A stretch of 25,684 bases of DNA from a virus (taxonomy: Duplodnaviria; Caudoviricetes). The notes under the pieces are model-generated. The model had not been told where the DNA came from. It saw only the letters and a list, made by a program, of their open reading frames with translations, and ran no database searches. Positions 6,540 through 16,108 of this stretch are shown piece by piece. The position numbers and the translations under genes were made by a program. The stretch covers positions 1 through 25,684 of the IMG/VR virus record IMGVR_UViG_3300020043_003636. One strand, 5' to 3'. The stretch's first letter is position 1; each line of letters opens with the position of its first letter.

Positions 6540-7580
6540 TTATAAATTAGTTGGGTCAGGTAATAATCCACCAGCTCCGAAGGTTGTTAGGTTTACGCTA
6601 GGTTCTCCTTTAGGTATTCCGTTAGGAGATTGATTAATGTATCTTATTCCCCTGTTAGTTGAATTTCTTTTGCTATTAGTAGTAAGTAATAATTGTAAAG
6701 GTTTTGACAATGTGCAATTACTAATGTTAACAAATTTTGCTATTTTTTCAAATCCATATTGAAATTCTATTGTGTAGTTACTATTGACACTGTTACTTAC
6801 AATATTAATAACTCTGGAAGGACTTCCGCTAAAAAACTCATTCATTGTTATTGTTTGACCGCCTTGTAATTGAATATTATCTATTATACATTTATTAAAA
6901 TCAATAATTGTACAACTGCCTGTTACTCTAAATCTTCCATTTTTATTAAATTTACCTCTAACATATCTAATTGTACCAGTTCCATAATTAGCATATCTAT
7001 TTGATACAGTTGGTAAAGTTAATGTTTCACAATCTATAATAGTGTTTAGTCTAATCTCAAAACTATTGAAAAGTGTACTCCAAGTTGAATTACCTTTAAA
7101 ATAAAAAGTTGAAGTTCCTGAAATATTATCATTACCATCTAAAGTACCACTCATACAATAGATATTAAAGTTATTTATTGTACTAACAACACTACTTCCA
7201 ATAAAATTATTAGAAAAATATAAATCATCATTTAAAGTAATTGTACCTGAAAGTGTTAATGTAAATGGACAAACAACTCCATTACAAGTAATATTACTAG
7301 TTCCAAAAAAAGACACCCCATTTGTTGAACCAATTTGAGTATAACCGCCTGTTCCTAAATTTAAAGCACCTTGTAATCTTATATTATTATTGAAAGTAAT
7401 AGTACCTAAATAGTTAGTAAAGTCAATTCCTGCTAAAGTAGCAGTAGCAACATTAACAGTTAAATTACCACTTGTTGCAGTAAAATCAACAGTATCATTT
7501 ACAACAGGAACTACACCACCAACCCAAGTTGTTACTGCGTTCCAATTGCCACCTAATATACTAACTGTTCTAAGTGCCAT
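6540..7580 (-). CDS. Putative beta-solenoid virion/receptor-binding protein
   Basis: More likely start MALRTVSILGGNWNAVTTWVGGVVPVVNDTVDF at 7580, 2 nt after the upstream stop; Asn/Gly/Thr-rich beta repeats. Confidence 0.6.
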   Translation of the reverse strand: MALRTVSILGGNWNAVTTWVGGVVPVVNDTVDFTATSGNLTVNVATATLAGIDFTNYLGTITFNNNIRLQGALNLGTGGYTQIGSTNGVSFFGTSNITCNGVVCPFTLTLSGTITLNDDLYFSNNFIGSSVVSTINNFNIYCMSGTLDGNDNISGTSTFYFKGNSTWSTLFNSFEIRLNTIIDCETLTLPTVSNRYANYGTGTIRYVRGKFNKNGRFRVTGSCTIIDFNKCIIDNIQLQGGQTITMNEFFSGSPSRVINIVSNSVNSNYTIEFQYGFEKIAKFVNISNCTLSKPLQLLLTTNSKRNSTNRGIRYINQSPNGIPKGEPSVNLTTFGAGGLLPDPTNL

Positions 7581-7582
7581 AA

Positions 7583-8002
7583 TTAATAATCTCCTGCAAA
7601 AGCACAAGCGTCTGTTTGGTCTTGCGCACCAGCATAAACACTCATACAAACTGAAATTAATTGCCCTGACTGCATGATGATAGCTTGGTCAAATGTATAT
7701 ATTGAAGTTGCTCCAATAACTGTATTTGAACGTGTAGCCGCTGCCATAGTAACCTCACCAATTAATCTAGGATTAATACCACCCGTATCTGTTAAAAATA
7801 TTCTCAACACTTTAGCACCCGAAGCTGCTGCTGTTGCTTGTGAGTTGATAAACCTAACACCATCAACCCTTGTACCATCTGTAACCGCAGTAACTAATGT
7901 TACTAAAGTACCTGAGCCATCCGCTGCTGTATTTGCTGCTGCTATTCTTGCAGGTGTAAAATTACCTTGTTTTGTAAAAATTGGAGTTGTATTTGCTGCC
8001 AT
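7583..8002 (-). CDS. Small virion structural protein
   Basis: MAANTTPIF start, Ala/Thr-rich all-beta composition, fibre module context. Confidence 0.6.
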   Translation of the reverse strand: MAANTTPIFTKQGNFTPARIAAANTAADGSGTLVTLVTAVTDGTRVDGVRFINSQATAAASGAKVLRIFLTDTGGINPRLIGEVTMAAATRSNTVIGATSIYTFDQAIIMQSGQLISVCMSVYAGAQDQTDACAFAGDY

Positions 8003-8003
8003 T

Positions 8004-8261
8004 TTATATTAATTTATTATTGTTTTGGTACTCAATTAATTCTTCATCTGAACTCATAACTATCTCAATATCCATGTAATTATTATCAACTATTCTTTTG
8101 ATATTGATTTGTTGAATACCTATTTCAGTTGCTGCTCCAGTAGTTTCAATCGAGTAGTAAATTCCATCAACTATTTCTGAACAAGGGCAGCTATAAGTTA
8201 CTATCTGTGGATAAGGTAGTGATTCAATTATATGCCCATCGGGCGCTGTGTAAGTCATCAT
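8004..8261 (-). CDS. Hypothetical acidic protein
   Basis: 85-aa ORF tightly packed between structural genes. Confidence 0.55.
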   Translation of the reverse strand: MMTYTAPDGHIIESLPYPQIVTYSCPCSEIVDGIYYSIETTGAATEIGIQQINIKRIVDNNYMDIEIVMSSDEELIEYQNNNKLI

Positions 8262-8273
8262 ATTGTTTTGTTT

Positions 8274-9917
8274 TTATATAAAATTATAGTAAGCGAATAA
8301 ATTACTTGTTGCTGATGTTCCTCCTCCACCTCCTGCAGGTGTGCTATATGTTCCAGTTCCATCTAAAAATTTAGTTGCATCATTTGGTAACTTAGGAGCG
8401 TAACCATGTTTGGAAGTTGAAACATCATTTGTCGTATTGTCGGCTAATAATTGTTTAGCTTCGGTTATTGAGTTGTCCTTTACCTCGGCTGTTAATGCTT
8501 GACCTGTTAAGGTAAAATCTATTGTTGACCCATCGGTTACACTTACATCGCCAGTATTTGTTCCGCTTGTATTACCAATTACTACTAATTGAGCATCGGT
8601 TACATATCTTTTATCAGTACTATCAGCAATGTCGCTTGTAGTTGCATCAGCTCCACTTGTAACTAAACCTTTAGCATCATAAGTGATTTTCGTTTTTGTT
8701 GCACCTGTAATGGCAGTATTAGAAGTTACTTTAGCATTTAATAAAGTATCTGTTTCTGCTTTGGTGTAACTTGGATTAATACCTAAAGTTGCATTTGAAT
8801 AAATAACATCAACTCTATCACTCGCCTCTAAAGTATCAATTATTGTTAAGGTAGTTGTTACAACTGTATATTGGCTTTGTCTTAATTCTTGACCATTAAC
8901 AAAAACCGAATAAACAGCACTCGCTGAATTACTTAATGTGAATGTTTGCGCCCCACTTGTATAAGTAAATTCTTGGCGAATTAAATTAACAGTGTTAAAG
9001 CCATCTAAAACATCAGTTCTTAAATTAGCTAATGTTAATCGTTTCCAAATGTCGTTTGTAACATCGTACGTCAATACGCTATCAGTATCTATTGGAGTTG
9101 TGTAATTAGTCGAGCTTACATTGTGTAATTCTTCTAATTCCCAACCATTCATTACCTTAACATACAACTTACCATTGTTAGCGTGTGCGTATTCCACATA
9201 GCCAATAATAACAATATGCTGAGGTGCAGAAGGCTTAATGTTTGTTAGTTTACCAGCAGTTGTTGGACTTAAATAAATAACATCCCCATCCGCCCACGTT
9301 TCACCTTGCAAAGAGCCAGTTGTATTTATGTTTTCAATCTGACCAACTGTAATAATAAAGCCTTCTTGATTAGTAGCTATTGTTTCAACTACTAAACCAA
9401 TTGTATCAGCTGAGTTATTATCGTTGTTTGCCTGTGCTAATTCAACTGCCAATCTTTGCCCTTGCGCCCCACTTATTCTTACAGCTTGGTAAGCAGCTTT
9501 TGTTAAGGTAGTGTTTGGAGTTACTTTGTTTACAATCCTTGCAACTAAATCAATGCCATTCTTTAATATTACATTGCCACCTTTTAAAGTTGTTTCGCTT
9601 ACTCCTAAAGTATCGTTCCAACGTGTAGTTGATACAGCTGCAGTTCCCGTTGGAGTTATGTCTAATGTAACTTGCCCTGCTTTTAATTCATATTCTCCTA
9701 AATCAACATCACTTGTAGCACCCGTGTAAGGTACTAAGTTACTTGTATCACCGCCATTGATAGGAGTTAATAAACTTAATTGTGTAGTACCATCTCCAAT
9801 GAATAATTCTTGGGTCGTTTCATTAAAAATAAATTGTCCGTTTTTTAAAACTAAAGTAGTATTTGCTGCAAAAAATGTAGCATTTTTTTTTCCTACTCTT
9901 ATATCTACATTTGCCAT
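8274..9917 (-). CDS. Mosaic tail fibre-like protein
   Basis: N-terminal LVLKNGQFIFNETTQELFIGDGTT (Mtd/hyaluronidase N-terminal-like), ELEELHNVS, VFVNGQEL and TKITYDAKGLVTSG fibre motifs. Confidence 0.75.
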   Translation of the reverse strand: MANVDIRVGKKNATFFAANTTLVLKNGQFIFNETTQELFIGDGTTQLSLLTPINGGDTSNLVPYTGATSDVDLGEYELKAGQVTLDITPTGTAAVSTTRWNDTLGVSETTLKGGNVILKNGIDLVARIVNKVTPNTTLTKAAYQAVRISGAQGQRLAVELAQANNDNNSADTIGLVVETIATNQEGFIITVGQIENINTTGSLQGETWADGDVIYLSPTTAGKLTNIKPSAPQHIVIIGYVEYAHANNGKLYVKVMNGWELEELHNVSSTNYTTPIDTDSVLTYDVTNDIWKRLTLANLRTDVLDGFNTVNLIRQEFTYTSGAQTFTLSNSASAVYSVFVNGQELRQSQYTVVTTTLTIIDTLEASDRVDVIYSNATLGINPSYTKAETDTLLNAKVTSNTAITGATKTKITYDAKGLVTSGADATTSDIADSTDKRYVTDAQLVVIGNTSGTNTGDVSVTDGSTIDFTLTGQALTAEVKDNSITEAKQLLADNTTNDVSTSKHGYAPKLPNDATKFLDGTGTYSTPAGGGGGTSATSNLFAYYNFI

Positions 9918-10579
9918 TAATTAATTGGATCTATAATTGTTGATGTATTGCTATTTATTGTATCTATAATTTGTTGTAAAACCTCTACAGTATAACTTCC
10001 ACTTGTTGTAAATGTTTGTAGTATATTCCCGTCTTGGTCTTTAATTTCTACTATAAAATCACCCGCATTTGAACCGCCTACAAAGATATAATTATTTTCA
10101 AAGTAGTTGCCAGGCACAATTGGTAAAGCGCATGATAAGCTGCCTATATGCCCCGTAACACTAAATTCAAAACCATAACCCGTAACTTCGTCATCGTGTT
10201 TTTCAGTAAATGGATTTAAAGTAACATTATCACTAATCATTAAACCTAAATCGTTTGAATCCTTAATTTTTTCCATGTAAAGTAAAAAGTCCAATGCTAA
10301 CAAGTTCATATCACTTTGAACAAATAACTCATTACTTTCATCTTTCTTTACTAAATCAGTAAACTCAATTCTAAACGTTCTAGTGAAAGTTTGTAAGTTA
10401 GTTGAATCACTAACTAATCCAACTTGCATTAAAGGATATTTAGGTGGTGTTGATGCTCCCAATTCCCAACTATCGCCAAAAAAGAAATGCTCATTACTTA
10501 CATTCCTACCTAAGTTAAGATGCAAGTAAGCGAACCGCTTAAATAATTCTACATTTTGAGATAGTGTAAGTAAAGTCAT
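9917..10579 (-). CDS. Putative tail terminator/completion protein
   Basis: Follows the adaptor gene; KYPLMQV and LNPFTEKHDDEVTGYGFEFSV motifs. Confidence 0.5.
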   Translation of the reverse strand: MTLLTLSQNVELFKRFAYLHLNLGRNVSNEHFFFGDSWELGASTPPKYPLMQVGLVSDSTNLQTFTRTFRIEFTDLVKKDESNELFVQSDMNLLALDFLLYMEKIKDSNDLGLMISDNVTLNPFTEKHDDEVTGYGFEFSVTGHIGSLSCALPIVPGNYFENNYIFVGGSNAGDFIVEIKDQDGNILQTFTTSGSYTVEVLQQIIDTINSNTSTIIDPIN

Positions 10580-11091
10580 TATGATAAGTCTATTCCAGTT
10601 GTGTAATTTGTTTCACTTGCATTCATTCCCGTTTGTGAAAAATCGTCATATAATGGAAACGTTGCAATGTTTTCTTTTAAATATTTTGTAAGCAGTTCAG
10701 CATAACTTTCTGCAGTTATTCTAAATTCATCCTTCATAACTCTGACCTCAACTGAATCCGCAGCACTTGAATTTTCAGAGTTCTTTACCAATACACCCTT
10801 ATTCATTAATCGGTAACGAATGGCAAATAAAGAGTGCATACATACATAGTAAACCAATACAGGCTTAATATAATCCTGCATTAAAGCTAAATAAGTAGGG
10901 TAAGTAGCTAAAGTTGAATCAGTAGTTATTTTAGTTTTAAAGTCGTTAAATAATGGTGTTCCTAAAATACGTTGCAACTCAATATCCTGGACTTTTAATA
11001 AAGTAGGTAACAATAGTTTGTTATCAACGTTTTCATCTATTAAAGAAAGTTCCTTAACCGAATTTATATTTATAAAATACACTACTGCCAT
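10579..11091 (-). CDS. Putative head-tail adaptor protein
   Basis: Directly after portal; helical, QDIELQRILGTPLF and YIKPVLVYY motifs. Confidence 0.55.
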   Translation of the reverse strand: MAVVYFININSVKELSLIDENVDNKLLLPTLLKVQDIELQRILGTPLFNDFKTKITTDSTLATYPTYLALMQDYIKPVLVYYVCMHSLFAIRYRLMNKGVLVKNSENSSAADSVEVRVMKDEFRITAESYAELLTKYLKENIATFPLYDDFSQTGMNASETNYTTGIDLS

Positions 11092-13175
11092 TATTTTTTT
11101 GTTCTTTTAATTTTTGTAATTGCTTTCCAAATGTGTCGGCAATAAGGTTCTGTTTCTCCTGTATTTGGATTGGTATAATAACCCCCTCGATAATCCCAAA
11201 CATTCAAATCCATATCGTTATTCATTTTGTCAATAGCTTCAAAAGTCCACTCTTTGCCATTAGCTGAAAGTTTCATTAAGTTGGAACAAAATTCTCTTGA
11301 ACTCCCACCTTTTAAAGCTGGTGCATCTTTCTTTACTTGATATTTATAAACAGTATAAACTGTGCTTATTTCAAGTGGTGCAGTTTCTTTGTTATATGCT
11401 TTATCCGTTGGGTCAAAAGCATTAGCATTCGGGTCAATTAATTTACTCTTTAATAATCCATCAATACCACTACTAACTCTATCAACTGAAATTCCTAAAG
11501 CCTTTGCAATGCTGCTAGGTGTTTGTGTTGGATTTCCCTTTAAGACGTTTAAGATACCAGCTTTTAATGCTGTAATTGAAATATTAAATGGCTCGGCAAA
11601 GTACATTTTTTGCCTTGACAATTCAAACTTTAAAGCATCCGTTGAACTTTTGAAATTCACTTCTTCTTCAAATAGTACTTCATCTTCTGTATTTTCATCC
11701 TGTGCGCATAATTCCAATTGCATTAAAATAGCATCGTGTTTATCATGTGCTGAAAATTGTTGAGGTTGTTGAATGTCCCCTAAAAACTCAGTTGCCTCAG
11801 CCTCACTTAAACCAAATGACTTTAATAAAATCATTGCTTGTGGCTTAGTTGTGCGATTTTTACCAAAGTCATCAACAACCTTCAATAAGTTAGTTACTTG
11901 CTTTCTGCTTAATGTATTTAAAACATCGTTACCACTTGCAGTTTCCATTGGTATCTCAACACCATTAGCATCGAGTTTAGGCTCTGCAATTGGTGTAAGT
12001 GGTTTATATCCTTTCAACTCTCTTCTTTCATCCTGAGTTAAATCAGCATCTGTGTAAAGGTCTAATCCGATTGGGTCGTTTTGCTCAAACTCAAATTCTA
12101 TTTTAACACCCGTTTTTAAGTAACATAACTTACTGATAAACTCAGCCAATTCAGATTGTCTAGGTTTAGTGTAATTATTTAAAAACAATTCAAATGAATC
12201 TCTTAATTCACTCTTTGCGCTAAATGTAGTACCTTCTTGTCTTATTCCAAATAATTGAGGATTTGTAATTCTATGCCCTGTTAATTTCTTTTGTAATGCT
12301 CTTTTTGCGCTTACTTCAAATTTCTTATCTAAATCATTTACATTGATAGCAGTTACTTCTGCACTCTTCCCATCTTTATCAACGTAGTTAATAATGGTAG
12401 TACCTGCATTGTCAGTACCTGTAAAGTTATCAATTACTTTTTCTTTAATCTTTCTCTTTGTTTCAGCATCTGGCTCACCATTAAAAAAAGTAACAATAGT
12501 ACCTGCAGTAAAACCATTTGCAATAAAATTATAATTGAAATTGCTTATTTCAGTATCACTACAAATGTCTTGCAAACAAGCCTTATAACTTGGCTCAGGA
12601 TATAACGAACTTATTTTATTCTTTGTAGGTTTGTAAAATTTAAACGGAATAAAATATGAACCTTTAGAACCTGGAGTGTAAAGTCTATATTGAGTTATTG
12701 GATTTTGATATTGTTTTTCCCAATCGTTACAAAAATGAAGTATGTCACCTTCTTTGTTTAAACGACAATTTGCAATAGGTAAATGATAGAAATGTAATGG
12801 CTTACCAAGTAAATCAGTAATAACATTTACAAAAAACCCATCAACAAATTCAGCATCTAAACCTATTTTTTTGCCCCATTGGTTTGCACTCTCATAAGGA
12901 TTGAAAGATGCTAAAAATTGTTTTGCTATTTCTTCTTGCTCAACGTTTACAGCTTTTAATCCTTTGCCCCATAAATAAGATGCCTTTGAATTTACAATTG
13001 CAGCATGGTCGGGGTCTTGTTGATATAAATCAAGTAAAAAATTTATGTACAAATTATCTTTACCCCAACGGATAAAGCCTTGCAATTCCAAATCACTTAA
13101 CTCTAAACGCTTATGTTTTTCAAGTGTTAAGAAAGCAATGTTATTTGTTTTGTCTACTATTTCAAACTTAGCCAT
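11091..13175 (-). CDS. Portal protein with C-terminal extension
   Basis: FIRWGKDNLY, HAAIVNSKA, NFIANGF, FTGTDNAG, GHRITNPQLFG, YTKPRQ portal-type motifs; C-terminal SREFC...RGGYY...YCRHIW. Confidence 0.8.
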   Translation of the reverse strand: MAKFEIVDKTNNIAFLTLEKHKRLELSDLELQGFIRWGKDNLYINFLLDLYQQDPDHAAIVNSKASYLWGKGLKAVNVEQEEIAKQFLASFNPYESANQWGKKIGLDAEFVDGFFVNVITDLLGKPLHFYHLPIANCRLNKEGDILHFCNDWEKQYQNPITQYRLYTPGSKGSYFIPFKFYKPTKNKISSLYPEPSYKACLQDICSDTEISNFNYNFIANGFTAGTIVTFFNGEPDAETKRKIKEKVIDNFTGTDNAGTTIINYVDKDGKSAEVTAINVNDLDKKFEVSAKRALQKKLTGHRITNPQLFGIRQEGTTFSAKSELRDSFELFLNNYTKPRQSELAEFISKLCYLKTGVKIEFEFEQNDPIGLDLYTDADLTQDERRELKGYKPLTPIAEPKLDANGVEIPMETASGNDVLNTLSRKQVTNLLKVVDDFGKNRTTKPQAMILLKSFGLSEAEATEFLGDIQQPQQFSAHDKHDAILMQLELCAQDENTEDEVLFEEEVNFKSSTDALKFELSRQKMYFAEPFNISITALKAGILNVLKGNPTQTPSSIAKALGISVDRVSSGIDGLLKSKLIDPNANAFDPTDKAYNKETAPLEISTVYTVYKYQVKKDAPALKGGSSREFCSNLMKLSANGKEWTFEAIDKMNNDMDLNVWDYRGGYYTNPNTGETEPYCRHIWKAITKIKRTKK

Positions 13176-13563
13176 TGAATACTTTTATTTCTGTTGTTTG
13201 TTGTGTAAATGTAGGTATTGCAGCTGAACTTTCAAAGACTTTTACTATACCAATTTCAACAATTGCACCACTATTTGCAACAACTAAATTAGTTGGACTT
13301 GCTTGTTCTCTTATTGCATAAGTCCAGCTGCCTTCTTGGTCTAGTGATACAACTCCATTTAGTAAATTTTCAACTGTATTTTCTTCTATTGCAAATTGAT
13401 TAAAACGGATTTTATTACCTGAAATATCTTCTGCAATAAATGATTTTATAACATCCGATTGGTCATTAATGAAAGTAAATAAATAAGTTGCATCAACTAT
13501 TGTAGTACGCTCTGAAAGAGTTAAAACTACTTTATTGATTTCACCTTTGTTTATTGTTATCAT
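13168..13563 (-). CDS. Putative virion structural protein
   Basis: 131-aa beta-rich ORF between tail tube and portal genes. Confidence 0.55.
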   Translation of the reverse strand: MITINKGEINKVVLTLSERTTIVDATYLFTFINDQSDVIKSFIAEDISGNKIRFNQFAIEENTVENLLNGVVSLDQEGSWTYAIREQASPTNLVVANSGAIVEIGIVKVFESSAAIPTFTQQTTEIKVFNG

Positions 13564-13576
13564 TCTTAAACGTTAT

Positions 13577-13608
13577 AAAAAAAGCCCATTAGTAATAACA
13601 GGCTTTTT
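13577..13608 (-). terminator. Rho-independent terminator after the tail tube gene
   Basis: Minus strand GCCTGTTA-TTAC-TAATGGGC stem (two G.U pairs) followed by T7. Confidence 0.7.
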
Positions 13609-13629
13609 AATTGTTAAAACAAAAAATTA

Positions 13630-14175
13630 TTAAGGTGCAACACCAGCAGCAGGTTCAAGTAATACAGCAATTAAAGCTGAGTTTACTTTCTTTGGCTTAA
13701 TTGTAGCCATACCTGTAAAATTGATAATGTCACCTTTAAAGTCATCCATTGCAGTACCTGTATCGTTGTCATCAATAGCATCTAAACCATATTCTTGACC
13801 ATATAAATAATAATCTCCGTTTTGTAATTCAACAATAACAAATAAATTATTTTTAGTCAATAAAGCATTTTGCTCGATTGTTAAAGTACCCATGTCAGGA
13901 GTTTGCATAGTACCTGTAATGTCGTAACCATAACCGCCACTTGTAGCGTTACCTTTACCAGTACATTTAAAGTTAGCAACTCCAGGTGCTTGAGCATATC
14001 GCCACATTTGCTTATCTACCGACATTGTAAGTGTAGTTACAACATTTGCAGTTAAAGCATATTTAGTAACATCTGACCAATCAACGTTAGCCCATTCGCC
14101 AATTAATACGGACTTTATTCCGCTTGGGTCTTTACAAACCTTTCTTGTATATCCTTGTGTTAATGCACACGCCAT
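13630..14175 (-). CDS. Putative major tail tube protein
   Basis: MACALTQGY..C...SGIKSV start, VIVELQNGDYYLYGQEYGL, TGTAMDDFKG; follows capsid gene and precedes a terminator. Confidence 0.65.
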   Translation of the reverse strand: MACALTQGYTRKVCKDPSGIKSVLIGEWANVDWSDVTKYALTANVVTTLTMSVDKQMWRYAQAPGVANFKCTGKGNATSGGYGYDITGTMQTPDMGTLTIEQNALLTKNNLFVIVELQNGDYYLYGQEYGLDAIDDNDTGTAMDDFKGDIINFTGMATIKPKKVNSALIAVLLEPAAGVAP

Positions 14176-14195
14176 GATTTTATTGTTTTTAAATG

Positions 14196-14222
14196 TTAAG
14201 GGGGTTTTTACACCCCCGTTAA
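14196..14222 (-). terminator. Hairpin between capsid and tail tube genes (partial terminator or mRNA stabiliser)
   Basis: Minus strand TTAACGGGGG-TGTAAAAA-CCCCCTTAA; no strong U tract. Confidence 0.45.
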
Positions 14223-14225
14223 ATA

Positions 14226-15263
14226 TTATCCTCCGTAAAGAGTGATGTAACGTTGGTTAGTTACCCAAGTACTCATTGCTTGAGTATTTTTGATGTAACG
14301 TTGCATAGCACCATTTGCCACTTGACCAATTTGTAAAGTACTTAAGTCACCTTTTAAATCCATTAATACCTTTAAGAATTTAGGCATTGTTAAGATACGG
14401 AATGTAGCACCTAATGGATGGAAGTTAATTTCAACTCCATTATAGTAAATTTTCTCATTTGCACCTGTTCCTTCAACTAAGAAGTTCACTTGTTGTGCAG
14501 CACCTACTGCATTGTTAGCTACTTTAATTAATTGTCTGTCTCCTAATGGAGCAAAGATACGAGCCTCACCTGACTCAATTACTTTTGAATTAGCACCTGC
14601 ATAAAGCTTACCATATTCAGCAGCAATGTTTGCACTTGTAACAGTTGTACCTGTTACCTTTACATAGTCACCTAATCCAGCACCTGGAGTAGTTTTAGCT
14701 TGTGAAGCATTGTATAATGTACGTACTACTAAAGAATCAAACAAAGTAGTCGGCATTGCAGCAACCGCTGTTTGAGCAGCTGCAGTAATTGATCCTTGAC
14801 CAGCACCTGGAGTTAATGCAGCAATAGCAGTTTTAGTTGCAGAAGTTGCTCCATTCCAAATTTTGTTTTCTAAATCAGCACCAATAGCTGGAGTGATGTC
14901 GATTAACACTTTCTTATCGAACTCATCAGATACAGTATTAAATGCACCCGCTTTCATTGATTTTTCAAAACGTGTACCCTTTAAAGAGTTATCGTCAATA
15001 ATATCTTCATAGTTGAAAGCAACTAAAGATACTGGAGTGTTTGAGAAATTCAAATCAATGTTACCTGTTGCAGTTACTTGACCTGTGTTTAAAGCAGTCA
15101 TAGCAACTTCAACTTTACTTTCGTAAACATCAGTTCCTGATTTGTGACCTTCTTGAATATCAATAACAGCCTCACGGAATGTTTTTGAATCTTGATACAA
15201 TTCTGCTTGTATCTCTTCTAATTCTGATTGGTTTCTAGTAGAACCTGTGAAATTTATAGGCAT
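14226..15263 (-). CDS. Putative major capsid protein
   Basis: 345 aa, downstream of protease and scaffold; IGADLENKIWNG motif; followed by a hairpin. Confidence 0.72.
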   Translation of the reverse strand: MPINFTGSTRNQSELEEIQAELYQDSKTFREAVIDIQEGHKSGTDVYESKVEVAMTALNTGQVTATGNIDLNFSNTPVSLVAFNYEDIIDDNSLKGTRFEKSMKAGAFNTVSDEFDKKVLIDITPAIGADLENKIWNGATSATKTAIAALTPGAGQGSITAAAQTAVAAMPTTLFDSLVVRTLYNASQAKTTPGAGLGDYVKVTGTTVTSANIAAEYGKLYAGANSKVIESGEARIFAPLGDRQLIKVANNAVGAAQQVNFLVEGTGANEKIYYNGVEINFHPLGATFRILTMPKFLKVLMDLKGDLSTLQIGQVANGAMQRYIKNTQAMSTWVTNQRYITLYGG

Positions 15264-15281
15264 GGTTTTGTGTTTTTATTT

Positions 15282-15461
15282 TTATTTATGTTTGTAAAAT
15301 TTTAAATCTTCAATTAATAACTCAATTTGTTCTTCTGTTAAATGTCCTTTGCAATATTCAGCAACATCTGCTTTACCTACTGCATCCATAAACACTTTAT
15401 AATTAACCTCAAATGGATTAACAAAGTTTTTAACTTCTGTTTTTGTTTCTTGCTTTGCCAT
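15282..15461 (-). CDS. Small hypothetical protein (59 aa, not in ORF track)
   Basis: MAKQETKTEVKNFVNPFEVNYKVFMDAVGKADVAEYCKGHLTEEQIELLIEDLKFYKHK; TAATG-coupled to the scaffold gene. Confidence 0.65.
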   Translation of the reverse strand: MAKQETKTEVKNFVNPFEVNYKVFMDAVGKADVAEYCKGHLTEEQIELLIEDLKFYKHK

Positions 15462-16057
15462 TAAATTTTACCTCTGTTAAATTTAACTTGTTCAGCCTTT
15501 GTCATTTCGCTCCAAGTTTTTGGAGTTGCTGCAATTGGCTCTGCGCTTGGTGTTTCAATTATAGCATCAATTGCTGATAAAGAAGTTTTTAAACCTTCGT
15601 GTGTTGACTTGCTTAATTTTTCAATAGCTTCTAAACGAGATAACATTGTTTCGTTTGCTTTATCCTTATTTTTCAATTCAGTTAAAGAAAGTTCTAATGC
15701 TGCAACTCTCGCTGCCATATCCATAACAGGCTCTTCAACAATTTCAACTGAAGCTGGTTCGATTTTTTCAACTAAACCACCTTTAACGTAAAGTTTAGAA
15801 TCGTCAGCCATTGTATATTCGCCATCCATTAATTCAGTTGTTGACCCATCAGCGTTAAGCATTTTAACCATAACACCGATATCTAATTTCTCACCTTCGT
15901 AAGTAATTTTTGAACCATCTTTTAAAACAACTTCTGCTGCTAATTTTGTAGGCTCTTCAACTGGTGCAGCTACAACGTGTTCATTAAATAACGCTTTAAT
16001 CTTTAGTACTAATTCTTGACCTAAAGCATTTTTAATTTTATTGTTTAATTCGCTCAT
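15461..16057 (-). CDS. Putative capsid scaffolding protein
   Basis: Acidic; LKDGSKI/DGEYTMADDSKLYVKGG beta region plus coiled coil; between protease and capsid; start MSELNNK at 16057 preferred over 16078. Confidence 0.6.
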   Translation of the reverse strand: MSELNNKIKNALGQELVLKIKALFNEHVVAAPVEEPTKLAAEVVLKDGSKITYEGEKLDIGVMVKMLNADGSTTELMDGEYTMADDSKLYVKGGLVEKIEPASVEIVEEPVMDMAARVAALELSLTELKNKDKANETMLSRLEAIEKLSKSTHEGLKTSLSAIDAIIETPSAEPIAATPKTWSEMTKAEQVKFNRGKI

Positions 16058-16074
16058 GAAATTTCTATTTATAT

Positions 16075-16103
16075 ACATAATACAATTTTTTTAAAAAGGT
16101 TAC
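16075..16103 (-). promoter_or_regulatory. Candidate late promoter, copy 1 (GTAAC-N14-TGTATTATGT)
   Basis: Same two boxes and spacing as 24217-24245; upstream of scaffold/capsid genes. Confidence 0.55.
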
Positions 16104-16108
16104 ATTTA

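Noticed and set aside
7581-7649. Cys-rich N-terminal extension MYECLCWCARP given by the ORF track
   Set aside because: Overlaps the upstream gene in another frame; ATG at 7580 fits the gene packing
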